Notes: generated from the letters alone by a model not told the origin. A stretch of 64,000 nucleotides of DNA from Scyliorhinus canicula (GCF_902713615.1 NC_052154.1:80951072-81015071); one strand, 5' to 3'; shown: positions 26,140 to 39,280, counted from the first letter of the stretch. A program made the numbers and translations.

Positions 26140-28945
26140 AGACCCAGATTGGTTCCAGGCGGACTTCTACAAAAGATTTGCAGCAGCATTGCCCCTGTAC
26201 CTGCGGCAGATGTTCATAGACTCGCTGGCTGGGGGCACACTGCCACCTACACTAGCACAGGCCTCAATCTCGCTGATACCTAAGAAAGACAAGCACCCAA
26301 TGGAATGTGGGTCAGACAGACCCATCTCACTACTAAACATAGATGCCAAAATACTCGCCATGATCCTAGCCAAAAGGCTGGAGAACTGCTTTCCAGAGGT
26401 GGTCGCAGAGGACCAGACGGGCTTTGTCAAAGTTAGACAACTAACATCGAAGATCAGGTGCCTGCTGAACATGATCATGACTCCATCCGGGGAAAGAACA
26501 CCAGAGGTGATCTTCTCCCTGGATGCAGAAAAGGCCTTCAACAGAGTCGAGTGGAAGTACCTCATAGAGGCACTGGAGCGGTTCAGGCTTGGAACAGGGT
26601 TCACCTCCCAAGTGAAGCTCCAGTACAAGACTCCCATGGTGAGCATATGGACAAACAATACTAGCTCGAAGTACCTCCAGCTGCACAGGGGCACCAGGCA
26701 GGGATGTCCGCTGTCTCCGTTGCTGTTCACCCTAGCAATCGAACCACTAGCGATCACTCTCAGAACAGCAAAATACTGGAGGGGATTGAAAGGGGAGGTA
26801 AAGAGTACAGAGTCTCACTGGGGTTCCAAATCACTCTTGACTTGTCGAGGAAGTCAAAAAGGACCTGCAAGGATGGAACACAATTCCACTCACTCTCGCG
26901 GGGAGAGGGCAGACGATCAAAATGAATGTGCTGCCCAGGTACCTCTTCTTACTTAGATCCATCCCGATCTATATCGTCAAAGCCATTTTCAACTCACTGG
27001 ACAAGTTAATCATGGCTTTTGATGGGGGTGGAGGGGGGGGGGGGGGTGCGGGGAGGAATCCAAAAGAATGTCCTACAGAAAACAAAGTCCAGGGGAGGGA
27101 TTAAGGAGCCAGAAGCAGAGTGGGTGTGCGCAGAGGATGCCTCCTGCAGAGGGACCTCGCTCTGGGCCTTCGGCATGGCGGCACACCCATACCCACCCAA
27201 AAAACACCCCAGCAGCCCAGTGGTGTTAGCCACCCTCCAGAATTGGGAACCAATTATGGCAATAATTCAGCCTGACCGAAATGTCTGTCAAAGCCCCCAT
27301 CTGCAACAACTATAGGTTCGCACCCGTCCTCACTGACATCACCTTTAAAAGGTGGAGGCAGGACGGGGGGGGGCACTGACAGTTAGGGACAAATACACCA
27401 TCGGCAGGATCACAACACTGGATGAGCTGACGGAAAGATTGCAGCTAGCTAAGGGCAACAAACTCAGAAACCTGCAGCTTAAAAACTTCCTACAAAAGGA
27501 GACAAGGGCGTACCCACGACCCCCACGACAGGTGCTACTAGAGGAATTGCTGGATGCAAACATTCTAGGTAGAGGACACTGTAGTGACGTGTACGAACGA
27601 CTAGTAGAGAGGGCCTGGACCCAACGAGGAGGAAATGGGAAGAAGACTTGGGGCTCGAAATAGGGTGGGGACTTTGGCACGAAGCACTACATAGAGTCAA
27701 CTCCAGCTCCGCATGCACAAGACTCAACCTAACGCAACAAAAGAAGGTACATAGAGCCCACTTAACAAGAACCTGAATGAGTAGGTCTTCCCGGAGGTGG
27801 AGGACAGATGTGAACGGTGGCAAGGCGGCCCGGCCAACCATGCCCACATGTTCTGGTCTTGCCCCAGACTTCCTGGATACTGGACTGCCTTCTTCGAGGC
27901 AATGTCCAATGTGGTGGGGATGAGGGTGGAGCCGTGCCCGAAAGTGGTGGTCTTCAGGGTACCAGACCAGCCAGACCTCTTCATGGGGAGGAGGGTGGAC
28001 GTCCATGCCTTTACTTCCCTGATCGCCCGCCTTAGAATCCTGCTAGGCTGGTAGTCGTCAGCACCAACTAAAGCTGCAGACTGGCTGTCTGACATTTTGG
28101 AATTTCTCTAAATGGAGAAAATCAAGTTTGCCATCCGGGGGTCAGAAGATTGCTTCCTCAGAAATGGGAGCCATTCACCAAACTGTTCCGCCGCCTGTTC
28201 ATGGCCAACGAGCAAAACAAATAGAGAAACAAGTAGCCAAGAGCAAGGGAAAGTAGCCAAGACATGAGAGAAGTGAGGGAAGGGAGGGAGGACCCGGGGG
28301 GGGGGGGGGGGGGGGGGGTTGGAGCAGTCTAAGAGGAGGTAGCCAAACACAGCTGAAAAGAAAGAGGAGCTGCAGAGAGGGGGTGGGGGTAGGGAGGAAA
28401 GGGGGCAAGGGGGGCAGGGAAGAGTGAAGGACAAGGGGAGGAGAACAGTAGAGGGGAGCCAGAGGGGAGCAAAGACGGGGGAACACAAACTGTAAGGAGA
28501 ACACTGTAAGGGAAACTACATCGACCACAACAAACATAGCAGGGCAAAAGAGAGTAAGAAAGTACAGGAGGAAGGAATGGCAGACAGCCGATGCGGAGGC
28601 AAGCGCACAGAAACAAAAGAAAACCGACTGGGAGAAGGAAGGGCTACTCAGGCGCTCCTCCCACCTAGTCTTGTTTTCCTTGTTCTGTATGTATTTTTTA
28701 TGGACAATAAACAAACAGAAAAGAAGGGAGAGAGAAAGCTCCCCCCCCCCCCCCCCACCCCCATGACATATATAATGGAATGTTCTCTTCGTTGCTTTTC
28801 TGTATATACTCCTCCACTGTTTTTATTTTACCACCCCTTGGTTTTTTTTGTTGTATAGTGTTCTTGTTATTTCTTTTTGGTTTCTCTCAGATTTCATCTG
28901 TAAATATACCTTGTATAAAACCCAATAAAAACATTCTTTAAAAAT
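26140..28945 (+). mobile_element. 5'-truncated L1/Tx1 LINE, same subfamily as 1-2789
   Basis: ORF 26132..26956 is highly similar to ORF 10..903; internal deletion at about 26820; ends cccaataaaaacattctttaaaaa. Confidence 0.92.
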
Positions 28946-29197
28946 ATTGATTTCTGGTCAATGATAACATTTTAAGAAATGTTATGTTAAAGGCTTGAGC
29001 GTCCTTGAAACCAGATCAATTGTCAAAGCGGGATGAAATATACCCGAGGCTTTGAGTTAATTATGGAGGCTCTAACCATCATATTTCAAGCCTTCAGAGT
29101 TAAAAGAATTCTGCCAGAAGTAGGGACGATTGTCCGATTTTGCCGTTGCTTATAAGAGGGGGGGGGGGGGGGGGGCATAACCCGAGTAATTATAGAC

Positions 29198-29429
29198 GTT
29201 TTTCTTCTCTTTTTTGGTAAATTTAGAGTACCCAATTAACTTTTTCCAATTAAGGGGCAATTTAATATGGCCAGTACAGCTAACCTGCACATCTTTATGG
29301 TGTAGGGGCTGAACCCACACGGACACGGGGAGAACGTGCAGACGGACAGTGACCCAGAGTCAGGATCCAACCTGGGACTTCGGCGTCATGAAAGAACAGT
29401 GCTAACCACTGCACCACCATGCTGCCCCC
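29198..29429 (-). mobile_element. V-SINE with 13-bp TSD
   Basis: TSD agtaattatagac at 29185-29197 and 29430-29442; head gggcagcatggtggtgcagtggttagc on the minus strand. Confidence 0.92.
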
Positions 29430-29559
29430 AGTAATTATAGACTTGTTGCGTAACATTGATGGGGAGCAAATTATAGGAGTCAATTCTAAAGACGAGTTCA
29501 TACTTCATATTGGAAGACATATCTAAATAAAGAAAAATAAACTAATATTGGGATTGGCA

Positions 29560-32325
29560 TAAAATAGGAATTTACTGACACATGCAGTAAAGGAACATCT
29601 GCAAATATGGATGATTTAAATCTGCATATAGATTGGACAAAACATATTAATCACAATACCATAAAGAAGGAATTGCTTGAGTGTTTATGGAATGGTTTCC
29701 TGGACCAATACGTTCAGGAACCAATTTGTGGACAGACCATCCTAGACTGGGTGCTGTTTAATGAGAACGCATTCAGTGACAATCTAGTTGTAGGAGAAAC
29801 CTTGGGGATGAGCGACCATAATACCTATTATTTTTCATCAAGATGCAGAGTGACGTAGTCGATTCTGAGACTAGGATCCTTAAGCTTAATAAAGGAAACG
29901 ACGATATGTGGCTCGAGTTGGCTATAGTCGATTGGGGAATATTACCTTAAGGGATGATTAGGGGTTGGCAATTCCAAATATTCAAGTTGCGCATGGAGGA
30001 AGTGCAACAATTGTTTATTCCAGTCTGACACAAAAGTAAAAACACGCCTTTTCAATGGCTCACAAGGGAAATTAGAGATAGCGCCTGAAAAATGGAAGGA
30101 GCTTACAAATTGTCCAAGAACATCAACAGGTCTGAGGATTGGCAGAATTTAGAATTCAGTAAAGGAGACCAAGGGATTGATTAACAAGGGGGAAATAGAG
30201 TACGAGCGTCAGCTTGCTCAGAACAAAATAAATGACCAGAATTTTTAATAGGTACGTGAACAGATAAAGATTGGTGAAGATAAATGTAGGTCCGTTACAG
30301 TCAGAAACGGTAAGTTATAATATAGGAAAAATAAATGGCTGAACAACTGAATACATACTTTGCTTCTGTATTCACAAATGAGGACATAAATAAGATACCA
30401 AAAATGTTGGGAACGGAGAGTTTATTGAGAGGGAGGAACTAAAGGAGATCAATGTTAGTAGAGAAATGTTTTAATAATCATCTTTATTATTGTCAAGTAG
30501 GCTTACATTAACACTGCAATGAAGTTACTGCAAAAAGCCCGAAATCGCCACACTCCGGCGCCTGTTTGCGTACACTAAGGGAGAATTCAGAATGTCCAAA
30601 TGAGCTAACAGCACGTCTTTGGAGGAAACTGGAGCACCCGGAGGAAACCCACGCAGAAGCAAGGAGAACGTGCAGACACGGCACAGACTGTGGGCCAAGC
30701 CAGACCTGGGACCCAGGCACTGTGAAGCAACAGTGGTAGCCAGTGTGCCACCGTGCCGCCCCTATTGGAGACATTGATGGGATTGAAGGCTGATCAGTCC
30801 CAACGGCCTGCTAATCTACGTCTCAGCTATTTAAGGAAGTGGGTCTGGAAATAGTGAATGCATTGCTGGTCATCTTCATAGAGTGTATACACTCTGAAAA
30901 CTTTCCTCCAGATTGAAGGGTAGCTAATGTGACTCCACTATTTAAATAGAGAGGTATAGAGAACATAGAGAATTATAGACTAGTAAGCCTGAGGTCAGTA
31001 GTGGGGAAAGTTCTAAAATCCATTATCAAACATTTTACAACAGAGCACTTAGAAAACAGTAGCAGGGTTGCACATAGTCAGCATAGATTGATGAAGGGGA
31101 AATGTTGCTTGCCAAATGTACTGGAATTATTCGAGGATGTTACAAGTAGAGGGGAATACAGCGGATGTGGTCCCTTTGGACTGTCCGAAGACTTTTGACA
31201 AAGTCCCACATAAGCATGTAAACTAAAAAGGCATGGGAATCAGGATAGTTTATTGAGATGGATAGAAAACTGTTTGACAGGGAGGAAACAAAGTGTAGGA
31301 ATTAACTGGTATTTTTCCAAAGGCAATGAGTAGTGGGGTGCCACTGGGCTCGGTGCTGGGACACCAGCTATTCACAATATATATATATATCTTAATGATT
31401 TAGATGAGGTAACGAAATGCAAAATGTCCAAATTTGCAGATGGCACAACGTTGGGTGGGAGGGCGAGCTGTGAGGAGGATGCAGAGATCTTTCATTTTGA
31501 TTTGGACAAGTTGAGTGAGTGGGCCAATGAATGGCAGATGCAGTATAACTTGGATAAATGAGGGGTTATTCACTTTGGTAGCAAAAATGGAAAAGCCGGC
31601 TATTATTGGCATGGCATAAATTTAGAGAGGGGATGTTCAGCCAGACCTGTGTGTCCTCGTATGCAAGTCACTGAAGGCAAGCATGTAGGTGCAACAGGCA
31701 GTAAAGCAGGCTTGCCTTCAAACCGAGAGGATTCGAGAATAAGCACAGGGATGCCTCACTGCAGTTATACAGGGCCACACCTGGAATATTGTGTGCAGCT
31801 TTGCTCCCCTTATCCGAGGAGGGATGTTCTTGTTCCAGAGGGAGTGCAGCGAAATTTCACCAGTCTGATTCCTGGGATGGCAGGGCGGATGTATGAGGTG
31901 AGATTAAGTCAGTTAGGAATGTTTTCGCTGGATTTCAGAAGAATGAGGGGATTCTCATAGAAACCTATACAATTATAACTAGACTAGATAGAGTAGATGC
32001 AAGAAAGATGTTTCCGATGAACCAGAACCAGGGGTCACAGTCTGAGGGTACTGGATAGACCATTTAGGACAGAGATGAGGAGAAATCCTTTCACTCAGAG
32101 AGTGAGCCTATGGATTTCGTACCACAAGAAGTCGTTGAGGCTAAAACAATATATGCTTCGAAGAAGCAGTTAGAAATAGCACATGGGGCGAAGGGGGTCA
32201 AAGGATATTGGGGGAAGGCGGAATTAGGCAATTGAGTTGGATGATCAGCCATGCTCATAATGAATGGCGGAGCAGAATCGATGGCCGAATGACCTCCTCC
32301 TGCTTCTATTTTCTATGATTCTATG
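29560..32325 (+). mobile_element. Degraded CR1 LINE (endonuclease to 3' tail)
   Basis: MDDLNLHIDW / DWVLFNE endonuclease fragments, RT fragments (31001..31960), tail ttctatgattctatg. Confidence 0.85.
30468..30762 (-). mobile_element. V-SINE nested in CR1
   Basis: V-domain ggaggaaactggagcacccggaggaaacccacgc; head at about 30745-30762. Confidence 0.85.
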
Positions 32326-32914
32326 TAATGTCGTTAGGAGTGTATTGGCTGCATTTTGGTGTCCAAACTTATTCATTCCTCACGTTCGAATTATTACTTT
32401 GTGTGTTAGAAATCTTGCAGATCGAAGGAACGTGTCATAGGCAGATTTCACCGTCCGTGTTGGGGTGCAACGAGCACTTCAGGGACCCAAGACTGTTCTG
32501 GAAAGTAACATCAATCTGGGCACTACTGCTGCTCAATCTGGGCTTTAAATTGCGTTTTGATCACTTCCATTGCACAGATGCGTTTATTAGTAGCTAAATA
32601 CTGTTCTACAAATCTGTCTGGAGCAGAGTCCTCCCATTGACATTCGAAGGTCAATACTTTGCCAGTAAACATCCAGAGCTACTTTATATTTGTCACGCAT
32701 GCGTAGGTCGGTATATTTGCTTTTATGGCGTTTCCGCATACCCTTTTCAGCCATCTTTAGAATAATCATTAGCGTGTGCCTTAAAGGGAATGTTATGTGC
32801 CCAAAAGAGCTATTTTATATTCCTTCAGTGATGTAGCGGGTAATATCTCTCGAGATGTTACTATCTTCCAGGCCGCTTTTTATTGCACACTACTGAGGTT
32901 TGTATTCGCAAAAC

Positions 32915-33300
32915 CCGTGACGCAATAACATCCTCACTGGACGTGCAATCCAGAAAACCAACATATATGACCCGGGGTCCCGGGTACGAATCCTACCATG
33001 GCAGATTGCGAAATTTGAAGTCAATAACAAAAATATGGAATCAGAAAAAGTCGAATGCTGATCATGAAACCAGTGTCGTAAAAAAACACCTATTTGCTTA
33101 TCCCCTCTGGCGAGCGACATCTGCCAAACTGGACTGACCTAATGTGACTTCATAGCAATCGGTTCAATCTGAAGTGCCCTCAGAAATGGTTGAGCTAGGC
33201 ACTCAGTTGGGCAATGGCTGGATCCCACGAAATAATTAAAAATAAAAAAATGTCCGGGAAGAGGGATGTATCACTTGCCTATGAGTTTAAAAATTGGGAT
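32915..33300 (+). mobile_element. Old tRNA-derived SINE of a second family
   Basis: B-box-like gggtacgaatcctacc followed by gcagattgcgaaatttgaagtcaat; homologous to about 44400-44775 on the minus strand. Confidence 0.55.
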
Positions 33301-35182
33301 GCACTACCGCTTCTGAAAGAAACAGGTTTTCAAGATGACGCATTGGATTTTTATTTTACGAATCTGTTCCTTTATCATCTCCAGGTCCAATTCTATGATA
33401 TACAACAGGCAGTCAGGAACAATCTTAACGAGAAACCTTCTTCATAAACAGTCCAGAATTATGAATTATTTTGCATAAATTGGCTTTATTAGACGTTTTG
33501 TGACAAAATGCAAAAGCTACAGTTTATGTGTCAATGAGATCAATAATATAATACTTTAAGGCGTGAAAAAATGCATTACACGTGGAGGTTTAAAACTTAA
33601 CTTTACTAAAGCTTGTGCAATCATCAATAAGAAAAGGCAGACAGTGCATTTACGAAAATGCGTTTAGTCATATTTGAAAATTGAGTACATAATAGTGGGA
33701 CAAATGACATTAGACGAAATATTGATATTTTTTCCCTTTGCAATGATAGTGCGGATCGGAAAGTTACAGTCACGCTTATACAATAGAACATCGGTTTACG
33801 GTAATCATTGGGTGTTGCTATAATTACATATTGAAACACACAATGTAAAACAACTGTGGCTATTGAATGTTGGATACGCCCATAGCGTGTTGCAATATTG
33901 TTCCATTCTTAGAACCCATCCCTTCACATTTCGAGACGCGCAAGTGATACACGTCCTCTGCCAAGCTCGAATAAACAATTCACCTTGTCAATATTTAGCA
34001 ACACGTGTGTAGCTAAGACCAAAACATTACAATCCCTTGATAATGGTTTACACGTTATTAGAACTGTCAAACCACGCACAATCATCGGTTACATGCCGTA
34101 AATAGACTATTTCGGTTAATCAATTGTGAAAATGATCTGCACTTCTTTGTCTCCATATTGAATCAAAGCATGGTTTCAGGTAAGCAAATTAAATGTTAGG
34201 TTCAAATTGAAATATCATGACAAGTGAACAGCTGCCCATTTAATTGCATTATTCGGGATCTCTCTCTTTCGGTACAAACGTTCTCGTAGTAACATGAACT
34301 GAACGAGTCAAGTCCCCACAGATTTTTTTAAAAAGTAGATCGTACGTGTCTTCCCCTGCAGACGTATTTGAAGAAACAGCTATGGCAATAGAGAAAGGTA
34401 CTGCAGCAAATGTCGATGTCATGGAAGTGAAAATAATGATAATTTAACGCTAAAGGTTAATGATGCATGGATGAGGGATACATGGAGTACATTTCAGAAT
34501 GGAATTCGATGTATACTTAAAAAGGAGAAACTGGATGAGCTCGGGAACGTATCAAGAGTGGGAACAATGGGGAAACTCTTTCAAAATTTCAGCACTGGTC
34601 AGTGGACAGTATGTCTCCTTATCAGTTATATGAATACATAATTCTACATGGTCCATGTGGAGCTAGATATTTGCAAAGTAAAAAACAACTCGAAACTCAT
34701 TTAAGTAAATTGAGGGACACGTTTGTGCACTACAGCCTCGCGTAGTTTGTATCAGACAGGCTCGAGGTCAGAATGCAGTCACGGGATATGGAAACCAACA
34801 CATTGTGTTTCCGATGTTACGCAACAAAGTGAGCACTAATGGTTAACTTGCAAGAAAAAAATCCAATATAATCGATTTTTATTGATTACAGTTAATTAAA
34901 TGCCACGAGACTTTTGGCTTATCATTGTAGCTGAAAGAAGAGATGAGTCATTATATTTTTTAAAACTTATTTAACATTAACGTATGTCAGGATATTTACG
35001 TTTTTCATAAAATTAGCGAAAATAAAGCTCTTCAAATAAACTAAATAGCAAGTGACTACCACATATCGTGTGAGAGGCACGGTGTCGCACAGTACACATA
35101 CAGGTGGTGCCCGTCCGGCGGAAGGAAGCGATCGGCACAGACAACCGGTTGATTTTTGTCTCCAGTTGCCAGCCTCTTTCAC

Positions 35183-35308
35183 TCAACTTTGCTTTTGTAT
35201 CCGCAGTTGGGCATACTCTGTGCCCCTTTCGTTAGGTTTGCCTCGGCCTAAGTCAGTCAGTGCGACACTCGCGAAAATCGGATCGTCACCGGCTTTCCTC
35301 TGTTGCGC
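35183..35308 (-). CDS. Ig receptor gene 1, terminal cytoplasmic exon (AQQRKAGDDPIFASVALTDLGRGKPNERGTEYAQLRIQKQS*)
   Basis: Acceptor ttttccaaatattgatcttccag, phase 0, open to TGA at 35183-35185; ITSM-like TEYAQL at 35204-35221. Confidence 0.8.
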   Translation of the reverse strand, partial: AQQRKAGDDPIFASVALTDLGRGKPNERGTEYAQLRIQKQS

Positions 35309-35523
35309 CTGGAAGATCAATATTTGGAAAATATGGTTCACTTGTCGTTTTCCAAGTTCCCTGGTGAATTGTTGAAAACATTCACCAGAAGGACTCGCAA
35401 ATAATCTTTAGACAATATGCGGGCAAAATCCACTGAGACATATACGCTGCCTTACCGCATGAATGTTGATGTTACATGTGAGTTTATCTAATGTGTCAGT
35501 CAGGCATACCTGAGCATACTAAC

Positions 35524-35595
35524 CTCTTCACGTTTACACCTTGGAGTTTTGCTCAAATCTAATGTGGCATAATGCAGACATTCAGATGCTGTACC
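35524..35595 (-). CDS. Ig receptor gene 1, cytoplasmic ITIM exon (GTASECLHYATLDLSKTPRCKREE)
   Basis: Acceptor gttttcctttttgtaccacgcag, donor gttagt, 72 nt, phase 0-0; canonical LxYxxL at 35560-35577. Confidence 0.8.
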
Positions 35596-35635
35596 CTGCG
35601 TGGTACAAAAAGGAAAACATCGATTACACGGCGCG

Positions 35636-35985
35636 TTCATTGAATTCCTCAAGTGCAGACGGAGGCCATTCGGCCCACAGAGTCTGCACCGATCTTCTAA
35701 AAGAGCACATTACTTAGTCCCACTTCCCCTCCCTATTCCCGTAACCCCATGACCCCACCACACCCGCACATCTTTGGACACTAAGGAACAATCTTTCAGT
35801 ATGGCTAATCCACCTAATTTGCACATCTTTGGACTGTGGGGGGAAACCGGAGCACCCAGATAAACCCCACGCAGACGCGGGGAAACGTGCAAACTCCACG
35901 CAGTTTGTCACCCAAGGCCGGAATTGAACCCATGTCCCTTGCGCTGTGAGGAAGCAGTGCTAAGCACTATCCCAGCGTGCTGCCC
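35636..35985 (-). mobile_element. V-SINE (intronic)
   Basis: V-domain, tRNA-like head and ggccattcggccc tail. Confidence 0.85.
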
Positions 35986-36126
35986 ATTGTGCTCGGTATG
36001 CTCACCAGTTTACAGTCATGCTGATCAAACATTGAACAGATTTATTTGGGTTCGAGCTGAATTAAGCAAACATTTATATAAGTGCAGTGGCCACAATACC
36101 AAATATTAAAACCTGCAAATGCTCAC

Positions 36127-36149
36127 TCGACGTGATTGCTGCAGCAATG
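36127..36149 (-). CDS. Ig receptor gene 1, candidate 23-nt linker micro-exon (xLLQQSRR)
   Basis: cccatttcag acceptor, gtgagc donor; phase 1 to 0 bridges the TM exon to the ITIM exon. Confidence 0.55.
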
Positions 36150-36215
36150 CTGAAATGGGCTCATTACGTAAAATCGAATTTCAAAGGATAAATTAATTTA
36201 TGAATCGTTATTAAC

Positions 36216-36270
36216 TCGGTAGATTTTCAATGACATTGGTGGTTTTCTTTTCTGAGCATTTATCAATGTT
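36216..36270 (-). CDS. Ig receptor gene 1, alternative candidate linker exon (NIDKCSEKKTTNVIENLP)
   Basis: ctcgttcatttctgcag acceptor and weak gttaat donor; phase 0 to 1 fits only if the TM exon uses the donor at 37102. Confidence 0.4.
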
Positions 36271-37145
36271 CTGCAGAAATGAACGAGGTGGCAAGTAAAT
36301 TTCCATATCTGATCGGAATATCTGACCGGGACAGAACAAGTACTTTTATTAAATAGACTAAAACTGGTCTGACATGATTGTAACATTAACTTTCCATTCT
36401 ATCTATCGTTCCTGATATTTCAACAAACTGTCAATGAATGAATTAACGCACCAACTCCTCGCGCCGGTCCCCGCTTTTTATATGTTCTTCTTTATCTATA
36501 AATAATTGAAATTTAATTATTTATCATATTATGTTGTATTATAAAAAATATATTGAAAAAAAGACACTTACTTCATTTACATATCGGAGATGACAAAGAT
36601 ATGTGGATGGTAAGAAACACCCGGAGTATGCCAAAAATGTTTGAAATCCTAACAGTTTGTAACGGTCAGCAATAGACTACCTTTTGAATTTTCATCGGAA
36701 GCCAACGTATTATTTGAGGCGGCGGGAATCGAAGGACATAGAAATACAACGGGAGATATTGCGTGGCTTAGCACACCCGAAGAGCAGTATGGCCCACTCA
36801 TGCTCCCATCATATCTACCTATGTGTGCAACTATTGCTTAGCCACATTCAAACTAATTGCCCCTCCAATACGACGTGGTTTGCAAAGTGATTCTGTGTTA
36901 CGATACTCTTCATTTACCGTTTGAAACTTTTTTTTGAAACCACTGGATTTTTTTCTATTTTTGTTACAGTTATGAAGGCATCTCCGAGTTGTACCATATA
37001 ATTACAACAATTCGTACGATCTTAAAACCATAAGACTGTTTTCAACTTTAACTCCCATTCGGCTTCTCTTTCTCCTGCATTACCCGGAAACTGACATTCA
37101 CCTTGAGATTTTTTACAAAAATCAAGGGTCCACAGTAGATCCTAC

Positions 37146-37259
37146 CAACATTCTTCTGCAATCGGTTCCGCCACCCAATCACGATCAGAAACGCCACCAA
37201 GGCGAATCCAGCCACTGCACACCCTGGAATCCAATAGGAAACTGACATCGGGACAATAT
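37146..37259 (-). CDS. Ig receptor gene 1, transmembrane exon (alternative 3' end at 37102)
   Basis: aatcttgcag acceptor, phase 1; DIVPMSVSYWIPGCAVAGFALVAFLIVIGW then basic RNRLQK; donors gtagga (phase 1, 37146) or gtgaat (phase 0, 37102). Confidence 0.82.
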
Positions 37260-37866
37260 CTGCAAGATTAATTTTAACATGATGTCATAGCGGATGTTGA
37301 ATCCATAATAGGCGTCAAGGTAGTTCGTTATTTAAGCTAGAGTGATTATTTTACTAACTCTGCCGTAGTCAACAGGATGTTTAAAATGTTTAAATACAAA
37401 GTGTTAATTTTAGCTAAAATATCTGAAGCACTTTTTCCTCGAATAGATGACGCATTCTTGATTAATCTGCGAAGCGACCAACGATTACGGATCTCAAATA
37501 TATGCCTTTGGAGAGTTTCTAAGGAGGAGGGGTCTGTTTTTCATGATCAACAAACTGTTCTTAAAATTATTTATTAACGTACAGTTTGAGAAAATCGAGA
37601 TACTTTACACAAGCATTTAATCGATGTCCGCACAAAATCTGGACTGCAGCAATCGGTTAGAAATCCCCTTCAATTCTCTCGACCGTGGTTATCAAAGCCA
37701 GGATCCCATTGGAGGTGGACAGTTATCACGAGCATACTACCCTCCCAAACAGCCTAGCAAGTCACTCAGTTCAAGTGCAGTTCGGGATGCGGGATGAATG
37801 TTGGCCTTCTCATGGGTCTGCAGTTCCCATGACGGAATATGAACAGCCTTCTGCATTAAACTCTTA

Positions 37867-38170
37867 GGGGCAGCATGGTAGCATGGTGGTTAGCATAAAT
37901 GCTTCACAGCTCCAGGGTCCCAGGTTCGATTCCCGGCTGGGTCACTGTCTGTGGGGAGTCTGCACGTCCTCCCCGTGTGTGTGTGGGTTTCCTCCGGGTG
38001 CTCCGGTTTCCTCCCACAGTCCAAAGATTTGCGGGTTAGGTGGATTGGCCATGCTAAATTGCCCGTAGTGTCCTAAAAAGTAAGGGGGGAGGGGGGGTTA
38101 TTGGGTTACGGTATAGGGTGGATACATGGGATTGAGTAGGGTGATCATTGTTCGGCACAACATCGAGGGC
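37867..38170 (+). mobile_element. V-SINE (intronic)
   Basis: ggggcagcatggtagcatggtggttagc head, ggttcgattccc B box, V-domain. Confidence 0.9.
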
Positions 38171-38376
38171 ATGGACGGTGCGTCATAGAAGTTGGCCAGA
38201 GGATTGATTTCAGAACTCTGCATTGGAAGTAGACAAACGAGGGGCAGTATCGCGAGTTACATCGCGAGATGTCCGTGCACAATCAACTTGCCGACAGCTC
38301 CTGCTACGGTCTGAATGCAGGAAGAGTAGGCAATAGTAAATAATAAAACGCTCGACATAGAAAATAGAAACTGGCC

Positions 38377-38590
38377 GGCAGGGTAGCACAGTGGTTAGCA
38401 CAGTTGCTAACAATAACCCAGGTCATTGTGTTGAGTATAAACGTTCGCCCTGTGTCTGCGTGGCTCTCCTCCGGGTGCTCGGGCGTCCTCCCACAGTCCA
38501 AAGATGTGCAGGTTCGGAAGGTTGCCCATGTTAAATTGCCCCTTAGTGTCGAAAAAAAGGGGTGGGGTTACGGGGTTACGGGGATAGCTT
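38377..38590 (+). mobile_element. V-SINE (intronic, degraded)
   Basis: Head ggcagggtagcacagtggttagc and V-domain. Confidence 0.8.
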
Positions 38591-38977
38591 GAGGTGTCGG
38601 CTCAGGTATCCGACCTCAGCCGACACCTCAGCCTCCCCTGAGGTAGGGTTCTCTTTCCACTCTTCTGCAGTGTAGATTCTAATACTATATGATTAATAAC
38701 ATTCGGGTGAGGTCACGTTATACTGGGAAATGTGAACGGGTGTTTAATATATTTAAGTGCTGCACAAATAAATTCCAAAGCAAACATTGTTTGAGGGAGA
38801 ATGCTTATGTATCTGGCGATATAACCTAGTTTTGCAACACATCGGGTTAAATTCCCTTGTAAAGATACGACTTTGATGTTCGCATTGATAATTCCCACGA
38901 TGTTTCTGAGGCCAATTTCTGTATTATTAATATGCATGAACATATAACTCTATTCAAAAGTAGCTGGTGCTCCGTAC

Positions 38978-39280
38978 CTTTAGAAACAGTGTAGGGGGCC
39001 ACAGCTGGAGTCTTGAGGGACATATGCGATACCAAACAAGTATAGTTGCTGACTGTCCTGACAGTCGTCGACTCAATCAAAGTGCTCGAAACTTCAAACA
39101 GTCCATCTCTGTTCTTCACTTTAGTGGTGTTTATTCCGAGTGAAGTTTCCCTGCCATTTTTATACCAAGTGAGAGTGAAATTTTCTGGATAAAACGCAGC
39201 CGTTTCACAGACTAGAATCAAGGACGTAGACGATTTCAATTCAGATGTCCTGGAGTGAAGCTTCAATGGTGTTGGGGCCA
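38978..39280 (-). CDS. Ig receptor gene 1, C1-set Ig exon
   Basis: tgtcccgcag acceptor, gtacgg donor, 303 nt, phase 1-1; LVCETAAFYPENFTLTWYKNG, NRDGLFEVSSTL, YTCLVSH. Confidence 0.92.

Noticed and set aside
28108-28858. Long Leu/Pro/Phe-rich minus-strand ORFs
   Set aside because: Antisense readings of the purine-rich L1 3'UTR.
26111-28964. ttctggtcaatga flanking the third L1 as a possible TSD
   Set aside because: The left copy is about 20 bp away from the start of L1 homology, so it is not accepted as a clean TSD.
33385-33447. Strong plus-strand acceptor and short ORF (VQFYDIQQAV...)
   Set aside because: An isolated signal next to a SINE remnant, with no supporting gene structure.
33986-34026. 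About 40-bp similarity to the 13050 block (gtcaatatttagcaa)
   Set aside because: Similarity does not extend on either side and could be chance in AT-rich DNA.
36969-37032. Plus-strand acceptor followed by YEGISELYHII, ITAM-like
   Set aside because: The spacer is 3 residues rather than 6-8, it lies antisense within gene 1, and no upstream plus-strand exons were found.
37867-37945. tRNA-like A/B boxes here and in other copies
   Set aside because: They are SINE heads followed by the V-domain, not cloverleaf tRNA genes.
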